A stretch of DNA of 64,000 nucleotides from an uncultured Oscillibacter sp. (GCA_910588005.1 CAJUQM010000001.1:6158-70157), one strand, 5' to 3'. Counted from the stretch's first letter, positions 8,360 to 17,488 are shown. The notes: generated by a model from the sequence alone, not told the origin. Numbers and translations are program-made.

Positions 8360-9598
8360 ATGAGTGAACTAAAAGGCGCCTGTATTTTCGGCCAGTCCGG
8401 AGGCCCCACTTCCGTTATCAACGCCAGCGCATATGGTGTGATCCGCGCTGCGCTGGACAATCCCAATATCACCCGGGTGCTGGGAGCGGAGCACGGCATC
8501 AAAGGCGTACTGAATGACCGTCTGTTTGATATGGGACAGGAGGACCCCGCCGAACTGGAACTTCTGAAGTATACCCCCTCCTCTGCCCTTGGCTCCTGCC
8601 GGTATAAGATTGCGGATCCGGATGTGGATGACACGGACTATAAGCGCATTCTGGAGATCTTTAAGAAGTACGACGTCCGTTATTTCTTCTATAACGGCGG
8701 CAACGACTCCATGGATACCTGCAATAAAATCTCCAAGTATATGCAGAAGGTAGGCTATGAGTGCCGTGTGATGGGTGTCCCCAAGACCATTGACAACGAC
8801 CTCTTTGGCACAGACCACTGCCCCGGCTTTGCCTCCGCCGCCAAGTATATCGCAACCAGCTGCATGGAGGTCTATCAGGATGCCCGGGTCTATGATACCG
8901 GCATGGTCTGCATCATTGAGATCATGGGCCGTCATGCCGGCTGGCTGGCCGGCGCCGCTGCTCTGGCCACAGCTTATGGCGCAGGCCCGGACCTTGTATA
9001 CCTCCCCGAAGTAGATTTTGATATGGACCGCTTCCTGGCCGATGTGGACCGTATTTATAAGGAAAAGGGCAACTGCATGGTGGCCGTGTCCGAGGGAATC
9101 CACTATGCCGACGGCGCTTTTGTCTCTGAGGCCAAAACCAGCGCCACGGATGGTTTCGGCCATGCGCAGCTGGGCGGGCTTGCCTCCCTGCTGGCCGAGG
9201 CGGTAAAGCAGAAGACCGGCGCCAAAGTCCGTGGTATTGAACTGAGCCTGCTCCAGCGCTGCGGCGCCCATCTGGCTTCCGAAACCGACATTGAAGAGAG
9301 CTTTATGTCCGGCAAGGCCGCCGTGGAGAACGCCGCGGCCGGTATTACAGATAAAATGGTCGGCTTTGAGCGCAGCTACGAGGGCGACCGCTATGTCTGC
9401 AAGACAAAGCTCCTGAATCTGACCGATGTAGCCAACACGGAGAAAAAAGTACCTCTGGAGTGGATCAATGAGGAGCATAACGGCGTAAAGCAGGAATTCA
9501 TCAGCTATGCGCTGCCCTTGATTCAGGGTGAGCCGAAGCTCCCGAAGCAGGATTCCCTGCCACGCTTTGCAAAACTCAAAAAGGTATTGGTAAAGTAA
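8360..9598 (+). CDS. pfp: 6-phosphofructokinase, pyrophosphate-dependent type
   Basis: 412 aa. GGNDSMDT and PKTIDND motifs carry Asp and Lys at the positions equivalent to E. coli PfkA Gly104 and Gly124, the classical PPi-specificity signature. Also MGRHAGW. Confidence 0.85.
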   Translation: MSELKGACIFGQSGGPTSVINASAYGVIRAALDNPNITRVLGAEHGIKGVLNDRLFDMGQEDPAELELLKYTPSSALGSCRYKIADPDVDDTDYKRILEIFKKYDVRYFFYNGGNDSMDTCNKISKYMQKVGYECRVMGVPKTIDNDLFGTDHCPGFASAAKYIATSCMEVYQDARVYDTGMVCIIEIMGRHAGWLAGAAALATAYGAGPDLVYLPEVDFDMDRFLADVDRIYKEKGNCMVAVSEGIHYADGAFVSEAKTSATDGFGHAQLGGLASLLAEAVKQKTGAKVRGIELSLLQRCGAHLASETDIEESFMSGKAAVENAAAGITDKMVGFERSYEGDRYVCKTKLLNLTDVANTEKKVPLEWINEEHNGVKQEFISYALPLIQGEPKLPKQDSLPRFAKLKKVLVK

Positions 9599-9616
9599 AA
9601 AGTAAGTAAATTTTCA

Positions 9617-9652
9617 AAAGAGGCTCCTGTCCCATGAACAGGAGCCTCTTTT
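9617..9652. terminator. bidirectional terminator between pfp and coaX
   Basis: AAAAGAGGCTCCTGT-cccatga-ACAGGAGCCTCTTTT. Confidence 0.75.
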
Positions 9653-9666
9653 AAATATAGAGGTCT

Positions 9667-10446
9667 CTATCTGTTTTTCTGATAAATGGTCCACAGACCA
9701 TCCATCAGCAGATACTTATCATAGATAATGGGATTCCTGCAATAACGTACAATCACAGGAGCGTTTCCCCCAGTGGCCACCACGCTTAACTTCTGCCCCG
9801 GAAATTCTTCCCGAATACGGTCAATGACTCCGTCCAGCATTCCGGCGGTACCGTAGACAATACCGGAACGCATACAATCCTCTGTCGTTTTACCGATCAG
9901 GGACTTTGGATGCTGGAGGGAGATGTCCGGCAGCTGCGCCGCCCGCCGGCTCAAGGCCTCCAGCGATACGTTTACGCCGGGCAGCAGCAATCCGCCCTCG
10001 TAGTTTCGCCCTTGGGAGATCACGCCGATGGTCGTGGCAGTTCCCATATCGATTGTAATAATAGGCGGCGAGAACTTCTCCAGCGCGGATACCGCATCCG
10101 CCACAATATCCGCTCCTACCTGGGTCTGCACAGGCATGCGGATATTCAGACCTGTTTTGACGCCGGGGCCTACCACCATAGGCGGCCGACCCAGCAGACG
10201 GGTTAAGGCCTTTTCCATCATAAAGTTTAAGGGAGGTACTACGCTGCATAGAATTGCTCCACTGACCTCGGTGTAGTGAAAGCGGTACAGCATAAAGAGA
10301 TTCATCAGGTCTACGCTGATTTGATCGGCGGTCTTCCGGCTATCGGTGTCCAAAGAAGCCAGGAATTTTAGATTTTTTCCTTTATCAAACAGTCCCACAG
10401 AGGTGTTGGAGTTGCCCACGTCAATCGCCAGCAGCACAGCCATCAT
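9667..10446 (-). CDS. coaX: type III pantothenate kinase
   Basis: 259 aa. LAIDVGNSNT, ITIDMGTATT and VATGGNA motifs. Confidence 0.9.
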   Translation of the reverse strand: MMAVLLAIDVGNSNTSVGLFDKGKNLKFLASLDTDSRKTADQISVDLMNLFMLYRFHYTEVSGAILCSVVPPLNFMMEKALTRLLGRPPMVVGPGVKTGLNIRMPVQTQVGADIVADAVSALEKFSPPIITIDMGTATTIGVISQGRNYEGGLLLPGVNVSLEALSRRAAQLPDISLQHPKSLIGKTTEDCMRSGIVYGTAGMLDGVIDRIREEFPGQKLSVVATGGNAPVIVRYCRNPIIYDKYLLMDGLWTIYQKNR

Positions 10447-10827
10447 CTCCTTACGAAAACAATTTTCTATGTTTTTATCATATCATGATTTTTCCTCTCT
10501 TGCAAGCCTTTGGGAAGAAGGTCCGTTTAAGAAGAATATTGCGGGAAAATGACTTTGGCACCTCTGCCAAAGGATTGATTGCCGGAAAGCCGTGTGATAA
10601 AATGGTTGCAGCTTCTAGGGCTTGTTTGAAAATTGGCGGAATGCCGGATTGAGACAGATTTTTTCGTCAGGCAAGGCGATTTTCCGCAGGAATCCTGACG
10701 GATTTCAAGGAAAATCAACGAAGTCCTGGTGAAAAAAGATGCCCAGAGACGGCGTTTTGTCATTTTTCATACAAGGCCTAATATAAGGCACCGACATACA
10801 CGAAAACCCAAGGAAAGGACGTGCTGT

Positions 10828-11640
10828 ATGTTTTTTTCGGACATTGTCTCCCCTGTTGGAATGCTGCGCCTGGCCTCCGATGGAATGTCCATCACGGGAC
10901 TCTGGCTGGAAAAGCAGAAATATTTCGCCGCGGGATTGGATCCGGAAGCGGAACCGTCGCCGGATCTTCCAGTATTTCACGAGACAATCACTTGGCTGGA
11001 AGCTTACTTTACAGGCAAATATCTTCCATCCCTGCCGCCTTTAGCCCCCAGGGGAAGCGAATTCCGGCAAGCGGTTTGGAAACAACTGCTGGAGATCCCT
11101 TACGGACACACCCAGACCTATGGGGAGTTAGCGGAAAAATTGAACTCCTCCCCCCGGGCAATTGGAAACGCCGTGGGACACAACCCCATCTCCATTTTAA
11201 TCCCCTGTCATCGGGTTTTGGGTTCTGGCGGCAGCCTGACCGGTTATGCCGGCGGCGTAGAGAAAAAAAGATTTCTCTTAAATTTAGAACAGGCGGGTTT
11301 GCCCCTAGAAGGAACGGCAGCGATTTTGCCGGAGGCAAAAACCTCTCTTCACCCTCAAATTTCCAAACCGGCCGAGGAGGCAGCGCCTGTCGCGAAAAAA
11401 TATCCCTGTCCCTGCTGTGGATTTCTGACGCTCCCTGTTCCAAGAGAGGATGCTCTCGCTTTTATATGCCCGGTTTGCTTTTGGGAAAACGATGTGTTTG
11501 ACTGCGATGTAGATCAGCCGAGCGATGAAAATCACGGTATGACATTGAATCAGGCCCGGGAATCCTTTCAAGAATCAGGGGCAGTCCGGCGAGAATTCCG
11601 GAAATACGTTCGCCGGCCACTTCCTGAAGAATTTCCATAA
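10828..11640 (+). CDS. ogt: methylated-DNA--protein-cysteine methyltransferase fused to a C-terminal CPCC cysteine-rich domain
   Basis: ORF 10729..11640, trimmed to ATG 10828 (AAGGAAAGGA RBS). MGMT core with TYGELA...NPISILIPCHRVLG (PCHR active site). After a linker comes YPCPCCGFLTLPVP...FICPVCFWENDVFD...MTLNQARESF, which matches the CPCC domain pattern from memory. There is no stop codon between the two parts. Confidence 0.8.
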   Translation: MFFSDIVSPVGMLRLASDGMSITGLWLEKQKYFAAGLDPEAEPSPDLPVFHETITWLEAYFTGKYLPSLPPLAPRGSEFRQAVWKQLLEIPYGHTQTYGELAEKLNSSPRAIGNAVGHNPISILIPCHRVLGSGGSLTGYAGGVEKKRFLLNLEQAGLPLEGTAAILPEAKTSLHPQISKPAEEAAPVAKKYPCPCCGFLTLPVPREDALAFICPVCFWENDVFDCDVDQPSDENHGMTLNQARESFQESGAVRREFRKYVRRPLPEEFP

Positions 11641-11702
11641 AGAGATACCGCCGGGAAAACCCGGCGGTATCTTCTAATTTATTGATATATTTTATCTTTA
11701 TA

Positions 11703-13178
11703 TTAGAGTATAATGCAGATCAATCCACCACTGCCTTCGTTGATGATACGGGTTAACGTCTCCTGGAGCTTCTTACGAGCATCCTCTGGCATTCGTTTCA
11801 GCTTAGCCTGGAGATCGTCATTTACCAACTCATGGAAGCTGCGCCCAAAGATATTGGACTGCCAAATTTTGCTGGTATCCCCCTCAAACTCCTGAAGCAG
11901 ATAGTTCACCATATCCTCAGATTGCTTCTCGTTGCCTACAATAGGCGAGACCGCGGTCTCAATATCCGCCCGAATCATATGGATACTGGGGGCGCTGGCT
12001 TTTAGCTTTACGCCATAACGCCCGCCTTGTTTCATAATTTCCGGCTCTTCCAGCGTCAGCTCACTGATTCCTGGAACAACTATGCCGTAACCTGTCTCTC
12101 GCACATCCCGCAAGGCCTCGGCTACCTTGTCGTACTCTGCCTTCACCGCCGCCAGGCGGGTCAGCAGGCTCATAAGGTCGCCGTCGTCTCCCACCTCAAA
12201 TCCGGACTGTTCCGAGAGCGTCCGGTAAAACAGCTCTCTGGGAAGGCTCAGTCTTGCCTTAGCTACGCCCGTACCCAAGTCAATGCCAGTGATCTTTGCC
12301 TCACTGATGTTCTCGCAGCCATCCAGCGCGTTGATCACGCCCTCGATCTCCCGGATGTGCCGCAGCTCCGCCGTTCCCTGGCGAATCGCGTCATACAGCC
12401 CTGTTTTGATGGGGTGGTCCGCAGGCAGAGCATCCACCCAGGATGGCAGAAAGAGGTCAAGCTCCTGCATGGGAAACTCATAGAGAACGGCCTTTAGAAT
12501 ATTTGTCACATCGTCTTCATTTAAATCCAGACAGTTCACCGGGGCGCAGTTTACCTCATACCGGGAGGCAATGTCTCTGGCGATGGCCTCCGCCCGGTCG
12601 CTTTTCGGGTCTGCGGAATTCAACAGAACGATGAAGGGTTTGCCCAATTCCTGAAGTTCCCGAATCACCCGCTCCTCCGCCTCCAGATAGTCCTCTCGTG
12701 GGATATCGGAGACCGTACCGTCAGTGGTGATGACAATTCCGATGGTAGAGTGTTCTGTAATGACCTTCCGGGTGCCAATTTCCGCCGCCTCGGTCATAGG
12801 AATCTCATGGTCAAACCAAGGAGTTGTAACCATCCGGGGCGCGTCATCCTCAAATTGCCCAATGGCTCCCCGAACCATGTAGCCCACACAGTCGATGAGG
12901 CGGACAGAGAACGCGCCTCCCCCCTCCATCTGGATCTGAGCGGCTTCCTCGGGCACGAATTTTGGCTCTGCCGTCATGATCGTGCGGCCCGATCCGCTCT
13001 GGGGCAGTTCGTCCCTGGCCCGCTCTTTGCGGTATACGTTTTCAATGTTGGGAATTACCTGCGTTTCCATAAAGCGTTTGATAAAGGTGGACTTGCCTGT
13101 GCGCACCGGTCCCACCACACCGATGTAAATATCTCCTGCCGTGCGGGTGGCGATATTCTGATAGATCGTGGTATTCAT
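11703..13178 (-). CDS. spoIVA: stage IV sporulation protein A (spore coat morphogenetic ATPase)
   Basis: ORF 11703..13271, trimmed to MNTTIYQNIATRTAGDIYIGVVGPVRTGKSTFIKRFM (Walker A). About 491 aa, typical SpoIVA length. C-terminal GGLICIIL. Confidence 0.92.
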   Translation of the reverse strand: MNTTIYQNIATRTAGDIYIGVVGPVRTGKSTFIKRFMETQVIPNIENVYRKERARDELPQSGSGRTIMTAEPKFVPEEAAQIQMEGGGAFSVRLIDCVGYMVRGAIGQFEDDAPRMVTTPWFDHEIPMTEAAEIGTRKVITEHSTIGIVITTDGTVSDIPREDYLEAEERVIRELQELGKPFIVLLNSADPKSDRAEAIARDIASRYEVNCAPVNCLDLNEDDVTNILKAVLYEFPMQELDLFLPSWVDALPADHPIKTGLYDAIRQGTAELRHIREIEGVINALDGCENISEAKITGIDLGTGVAKARLSLPRELFYRTLSEQSGFEVGDDGDLMSLLTRLAAVKAEYDKVAEALRDVRETGYGIVVPGISELTLEEPEIMKQGGRYGVKLKASAPSIHMIRADIETAVSPIVGNEKQSEDMVNYLLQEFEGDTSKIWQSNIFGRSFHELVNDDLQAKLKRMPEDARKKLQETLTRIINEGSGGLICIIL

Positions 13179-13215
13179 AGCATCCCGTCCTTTTTCCGCT
13201 CCATATTCATGTTCC

Positions 13216-13244
13216 ACTCTATGTCCGGAGAATCCAAAGTATGA
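13216..13244 (-). promoter_or_regulatory. sigma-E-type sporulation promoter candidate for spoIVA
   Basis: Minus strand reads TCATACT-14 nt-CATAGAGT, compared with the Bacillus sigma-E consensus kmATATT-14-CATACAhT. Lies about 40 nt upstream of the ATG. Confidence 0.45.
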
Positions 13245-13318
13245 CAGCCCGTCTTTTTTTAGTGAAAACACACAAATTAAACATAAATTCTTCCCGTTGT
13301 TTCCGGTTGATTTTTGTA

Positions 13319-13347
13319 TTTACAGAAATAATTTAGCATGATAAACT
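13319..13347 (+). promoter_or_regulatory. sigma-A-type promoter for the ABC transporter operon, overlapped by a dyad
   Basis: TTTACA-17-TAAACT. The dyad TTAGCA-n8-TGCTAA (13333-13352) overlaps the -10 element. Confidence 0.4.
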
Positions 13348-13396
13348 GCTAATGTATTAAACGGACGGACAGCCGTCCGAATTTGGAGGATGAGCA

Positions 13397-14245
13397 ATGA
13401 AACGTATGAAAAAGATTTTGTGTCTGCTGCTGGCACTGGCGACAGTTATCTCTCTAGCTGCCTGCGGCGGAAAAAAGGACGATGCCCCCATCGGCGGAGC
13501 GGACGGCCCCACCGACATCCAGGTGAGCGACAGCGACCTGGCCTATGTCAAGGACAAGGGCACCCTGATTGTGGGCATCACCGAATTTGAACCCATGGAC
13601 TATCAAAATACGGCTGGCGAGTGGATCGGCTTTGACGCCGACATGGCCAAGGCCTTTGCCGAAAGCCTGGGTGTAAAGGCCGAGTTCCAGGTCATTGAGT
13701 GGGACAACAAGGTCTTCGAGCTGGACGGCAAGACCATTGACGTGGTGTGGAACGGCATGACCCTCAACGACGAGGTGAAAAGCGCCATGGAGTGCTCCAA
13801 CGCCTACTGCAACAACACCCAAGTAGTGGTGGTTCCCTCTGCCAAGGCCGCAGATTATCAGAACAAGGAGAGCCTGTCGGGCTTGAACTTCGCCGTGGAG
13901 TCAGGCTCCGCCGGTCAGGCTCAGGTGGAACTGCTGGGTGAGAGCTACACCGAGGTCCTGGATCAGGCCACCGCCCTGCTGGAGGTAAACTCCGGCACCG
14001 CTGACGCCGCCGTTATTGACTCTCTGATGGCCGGCGCCATGGTGGGCGAGGGCACCGGCTACGCCAATTTGACCTACACCTTCTCCCTCAACGAGGAGGA
14101 GGGTGAGCAGTACGGTGTGGGCTTCCGGAAGGGGTCCGACCTGGCCGCCGCCCTGAACGACTTCTTCAAGGCCAGCTATGCCGACGGCTCCATGGTGACC
14201 TGCGCCGAGACCTACGGCATCCAGGCCGCTCTGGTCGAACAGTAA
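13397..14245 (+). CDS. amino acid ABC transporter substrate-binding lipoprotein (family 3)
   Basis: Lipobox LAACGG, then a polar amino-acid SBP fold with motifs GFDADMAKAFAESLG and WNGMT. Confidence 0.85.
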   Translation: MKRMKKILCLLLALATVISLAACGGKKDDAPIGGADGPTDIQVSDSDLAYVKDKGTLIVGITEFEPMDYQNTAGEWIGFDADMAKAFAESLGVKAEFQVIEWDNKVFELDGKTIDVVWNGMTLNDEVKSAMECSNAYCNNTQVVVVPSAKAADYQNKESLSGLNFAVESGSAGQAQVELLGESYTEVLDQATALLEVNSGTADAAVIDSLMAGAMVGEGTGYANLTYTFSLNEEEGEQYGVGFRKGSDLAAALNDFFKASYADGSMVTCAETYGIQAALVEQ

Positions 14246-14267
14246 AGAAATCAAACCGCAGACAGAG

Positions 14268-14300
14268 AAACGCGGAGGGGAGATCTGCCCCTCTGCGTTT
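14268..14300 (+). terminator. imperfect intra-operon hairpin (possible attenuator between SBP and permease genes)
   Basis: AAACGCGGAGGGG-agatct-GCCCCTCTGCGTTT with one mismatch and only a short T stretch. Confidence 0.35.
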
Positions 14301-14336
14301 CCCATCTGTTAAAATCAACGACGAGGTGGGAGAACC

Positions 14337-15005
14337 GTGTTTGAAACCGTCCTTGGCGCCCTGACCATGGGCTTTCTCCAGACGCTGAAACTATTTGCCG
14401 TCACCCTGATCGGAGCCATTCCCTTGGGGCTTGTGGTCTCGTTCGGCTCCATGAGCCGCTTCACCCCTCTGCGGTGGCTGACCCGAACCGTGGTGTGGGT
14501 GATCCGCGGGACACCGCTGATGCTCCAGCTCCTGATCATTTTCTTCATCCCCGGCCAGCGGCTAGGTTCCAGTCCCTGGCCCAGCGGAGAGTCCGGCCGC
14601 TTTCTGGCCGCCGCCATTGCCTTCATCATCAACTACGCCTGCTACTTCTCCGAGATTTACCGGGGCGGAATCCAGAGTATCCCAGTGGGACAGCAGGAGG
14701 CCGGTCTGGTGCTGGGCATGACAAAAAAACAGATTTTCTTCAAGGTGACGCTGCTGCAGATGATTAAGCGCATTGTCCCTCCCATGTCCAATGAGATCAT
14801 CACCCTTGTGAAGGATACCTCCATTGCCCGCATCATCTCCCTCCAGGAGGTTATCTGGGCGGGCTACGCCTTTTTGAAGGGTTCCCACGGCTATTCCGGA
14901 CTGACCTGGCCCCTGTTCTTCACCGGCGTGTACTATCTGGTGTTCAACGGCGGTCTGACTCTGCTCTTCGGCAGGGTAGAGAAGAAGCTGGACTATTTCA
15001 AGTAA
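14337..15005 (+). CDS. amino acid ABC transporter permease (His/Glu/Gln/Arg/opine family)
   Basis: 222 aa with GTG start and a GAGGTGGG RBS. Multi-TM protein with the EAA-loop-like motif GQQEAGLVLGMTKKQIFFKV. Confidence 0.85.
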   Translation: MFETVLGALTMGFLQTLKLFAVTLIGAIPLGLVVSFGSMSRFTPLRWLTRTVVWVIRGTPLMLQLLIIFFIPGQRLGSSPWPSGESGRFLAAAIAFIINYACYFSEIYRGGIQSIPVGQQEAGLVLGMTKKQIFFKVTLLQMIKRIVPPMSNEIITLVKDTSIARIISLQEVIWAGYAFLKGSHGYSGLTWPLFFTGVYYLVFNGGLTLLFGRVEKKLDYFK

Positions 15006-15018
15006 GGGGGACAGCCGC

Positions 15019-15786
15019 ATGTCTATTTTGGAAGTACATAATATCGAAAAGCACTTTGGGGCCACCCGTGTGCTGGAGGACATCAGCTTCTCTCTGGAGC
15101 AGGGCCAGGCCCTGGCTATCATCGGTTCCTCCGGCTCCGGCAAAACCACCCTTCTGCGGTGCCTGAACTTTCTGGAGACCCCGAACAGCGGCTCCATCTC
15201 TGTCAATGGCAATGTGATCTTTGACGCCGCAGACCCCGCAACGCAGCTGGAGAGCGAGATCCGGAAAAAACGTCTCCACTTCGGTCTGGTGTTTCAGAAT
15301 TTTAATCTCTTTCCACAATACACCGCCTTACAAAATGTCACCTTGGCCAGGGAACTGCTGGCCAAGGAGCGGGGCGGCGAGAGCAGGGACCACATTTTGG
15401 AGGCCGGAAAGGAGCTTCTTGCCCAGATGGGCCTTGCGGACCGGGCGGGCCACTATCCCCACCAGCTCTCCGGCGGACAGCAGCAGCGCGTTGCAATCGC
15501 AAGGGCTTTAGCTTTACAGCCAGACATCCTCTGTTTTGACGAGCCAACCTCCGCCCTGGACCCGGAGCTAACCGGCGAAGTTCTGCGGGTTATCCGGGGA
15601 TTGGCAGAACAGAAAACCACCATGATTATTGTCACCCATGAGATGACTTTCGCCCGAGATGTCGCGGATCAAATTATCTTTATGGATGGCGGCGTCATTG
15701 TGGAGCAAGGGGATCCCCGGCAGGTTATCGACCATCCCAGAGAAGAACGGACCAGGCAATTCCTGGCTCACTATGAGGAAAATTGA
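15019..15786 (+). CDS. amino acid ABC transporter ATP-binding protein
   Basis: Walker A GSSGSGKTT, signature LSGGQQQRVAIARAL, Walker B ILCFDEPTSALD. Confidence 0.92.
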   Translation: MSILEVHNIEKHFGATRVLEDISFSLEQGQALAIIGSSGSGKTTLLRCLNFLETPNSGSISVNGNVIFDAADPATQLESEIRKKRLHFGLVFQNFNLFPQYTALQNVTLARELLAKERGGESRDHILEAGKELLAQMGLADRAGHYPHQLSGGQQQRVAIARALALQPDILCFDEPTSALDPELTGEVLRVIRGLAEQKTTMIIVTHEMTFARDVADQIIFMDGGVIVEQGDPRQVIDHPREERTRQFLAHYEEN

Positions 15787-15787
15787 T

Positions 15788-15858
15788 AAAATATAGAGAG
15801 TTGAACGTGCAGGCATCCGATTCTCGGAGCCATCCGTACGTCCAACTCTCTATATTTT
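15788..15858. terminator. long-stem bidirectional hairpin between convergent operons
   Basis: AAAATATAGAGAGTTGAACGT (15788-15808) pairs with ACGTCCAACTCTCTATATTTT (15837-15858), with one mismatch. Confidence 0.6.
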
Positions 15859-17395
15859 ATGTCCGCTTCCTCGGGATCAACAGCAATTTTTCCCGTGGAA
15901 TATTCTGCTCATCCTCCAGCTGGTTGGCCGAAAGAATCGTAGGAATTGTGGTGTTATATTTTTTTGCCAGATCCCAGGCGGTCTCCTGCTTTCCCAAGCA
16001 CCGCAGCACCAGAGACGGAGCGCCGTTTACCTCCTTGGGGGATTCGATATCCAGCTTTGCGGCGGCGATACAGATCTTTTTCACTCTGGAGGTAGCTTCA
16101 ACCCGAAAATCTACCGGGAAACGCACCTCAATGCCCCGGTCTCCTAGACTGCCCTGTACCTCGTCGGCACAGACGGCGCGGGCAGTAATTCTGCAGTCCT
16201 CCGGCAGCTCCAGCTGGCACACCACATCAATGCACCGCTCTGTTACCAGAGGCACGCCGCCCTCATCCAGATATAGCGCCTGAACAGAGGCCCCTGTGCG
16301 AAGCGTCACCCCTTCCCCGTCACGGCTGACAGATACCGCCCCACAATTAGCCGATAGGGACAGGATGGACTCTGCCACCACGCCAATCTCCAATACTTCC
16401 CGAACAGTCTGGCGGCGGGTCATATTCTCGCAGAAACTGGTCAAATTTAACGGCGCAGCCTCATAGGTCACATCGTACGCGGTGGAATATAGGTCGTTCA
16501 GCAGGGTCATCTCCTGTTCCGCCCGCAGCAGCGCCGTAGCGTGAAAATACAGAGTTACCGCGATCTGCCGCCCCTCATCATCCGCGCTGTCGATCTGGAA
16601 GTCTGTGCCGGTGAGCTGCAGTTGCACGGAAGCAGCGGCGCCTTCAGAGGCCCCTTCCATCTCCATAATCTGGGAGAAAGGCAGCTCGGCGGAGGACGTG
16701 CAGCAGCGGCCCTCTGCCGTACGGTACAGCAAGCCCACATTGAACATTCCCTTAAAAATCAGCTTGCTCCCCACAATTTTTGCCTCGGTCACAACACTGC
16801 GCACTTGGCTGGTTAGAAGTTCCTCCGCCCCATCTCTTCCCGGGGAGAGATTCATCTCCTCTGAGAATGTGTAGTCCTTCTCCGCAATATGGGTCAACAG
16901 AATGGCATGCTGCTGTTCCTGCCTCTTTTCCACGCAAAGCTTGCTCTCGGTCTCTATGTCTGTACAGAATTCCAAAGGAATTCGCTGATAACCGGTAAAA
17001 CGGGTCACTAATTTGCAATGGGTAAAGACTTTTCTGGGATTCAGCATTCTGGTTTCCAGAAACTCTGTGTCGGTCTCCGCCGTCAAATGCGTGCATCCCG
17101 CCATGGCGCGGCTGTCGCTCTCCACAGTAAAAGGCATGGCAAACTCCAGCGTACGGATCCCGCCTTCCCCGTCCGGAGTATACAGCACCGTTACACGAAC
17201 AGTGCCGGAGACCTCCGCTTTTCCATCCCGCAATTCCCGGCTATGAAGAAATATGTTTCCCTCTGTTTTAATAATCCGCGCAATGTCCGGGCAATAATCC
17301 GGCACAATGGTCTCCGTCGTTTCTTCCTGGGTCAACGCCAGCTCCCCGCCTATTTCATAGGTCTCAAGTCCGGCCCTTTTCAACTCTAGCTCCAT
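15857..17395 (-). CDS. sipL: SipL-like spore morphogenetic protein (DUF3794/SPOCS repeats with a C-terminal LysM domain)
   Basis: 512 aa. N-terminus TETIVPDYCPDIARIIKTEGNIFLHSRELRDGKAEVSGTVRVTVLY is typical DUF3794. C-terminus VLRCLGKQETAWDLAKKYNTTIPTILSANQL...LLLIP is LysM. This architecture matches C. difficile SipL (the SpoIVA partner) as recalled. Confidence 0.65.
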   Translation of the reverse strand: MELELKRAGLETYEIGGELALTQEETTETIVPDYCPDIARIIKTEGNIFLHSRELRDGKAEVSGTVRVTVLYTPDGEGGIRTLEFAMPFTVESDSRAMAGCTHLTAETDTEFLETRMLNPRKVFTHCKLVTRFTGYQRIPLEFCTDIETESKLCVEKRQEQQHAILLTHIAEKDYTFSEEMNLSPGRDGAEELLTSQVRSVVTEAKIVGSKLIFKGMFNVGLLYRTAEGRCCTSSAELPFSQIMEMEGASEGAAASVQLQLTGTDFQIDSADDEGRQIAVTLYFHATALLRAEQEMTLLNDLYSTAYDVTYEAAPLNLTSFCENMTRRQTVREVLEIGVVAESILSLSANCGAVSVSRDGEGVTLRTGASVQALYLDEGGVPLVTERCIDVVCQLELPEDCRITARAVCADEVQGSLGDRGIEVRFPVDFRVEATSRVKKICIAAAKLDIESPKEVNGAPSLVLRCLGKQETAWDLAKKYNTTIPTILSANQLEDEQNIPREKLLLIPRKRT

Positions 17396-17428
17396 ACAAG
17401 CCCTTCCTTTCCCGGCAGTTCATGTCCC

Positions 17429-17457
17429 ATTCTATGAACTGTCAGTCCGCTTTATGC
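17429..17457 (-). promoter_or_regulatory. sigma-E-type promoter candidate for the sipL-like gene
   Basis: Minus strand reads GCATAAA-14 nt-CATAGAAT, with the same spacing and -10 core as the spoIVA candidate. Confidence 0.4.
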
Positions 17458-17488
17458 CATTGCCACGGTGCTTTCCTTCCCAATAAAC

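Noticed and set aside
8369-9478. 369-aa minus-strand ORF fully antisense to pfp. Similar long antisense ORFs occur at 40401..41468, 60720..62315, 30020..30976, 50330..51241, 51093..52073, 49546..50409 and 39635..40354.
   Set aside because: These are shadow ORFs, typical of GC-rich DNA. Each lies entirely opposite a gene with unmistakable family motifs. They have Arg/Gly/His-rich low-complexity translations and no RBS.
10527-10980. ORFs 10527..10763 (-) and 10705..10980 (-) in the coaX-ogt spacer.
   Set aside because: They have no RBS and overlap each other and the ogt 5' end. Their composition is not protein-like and no motif was recognised.
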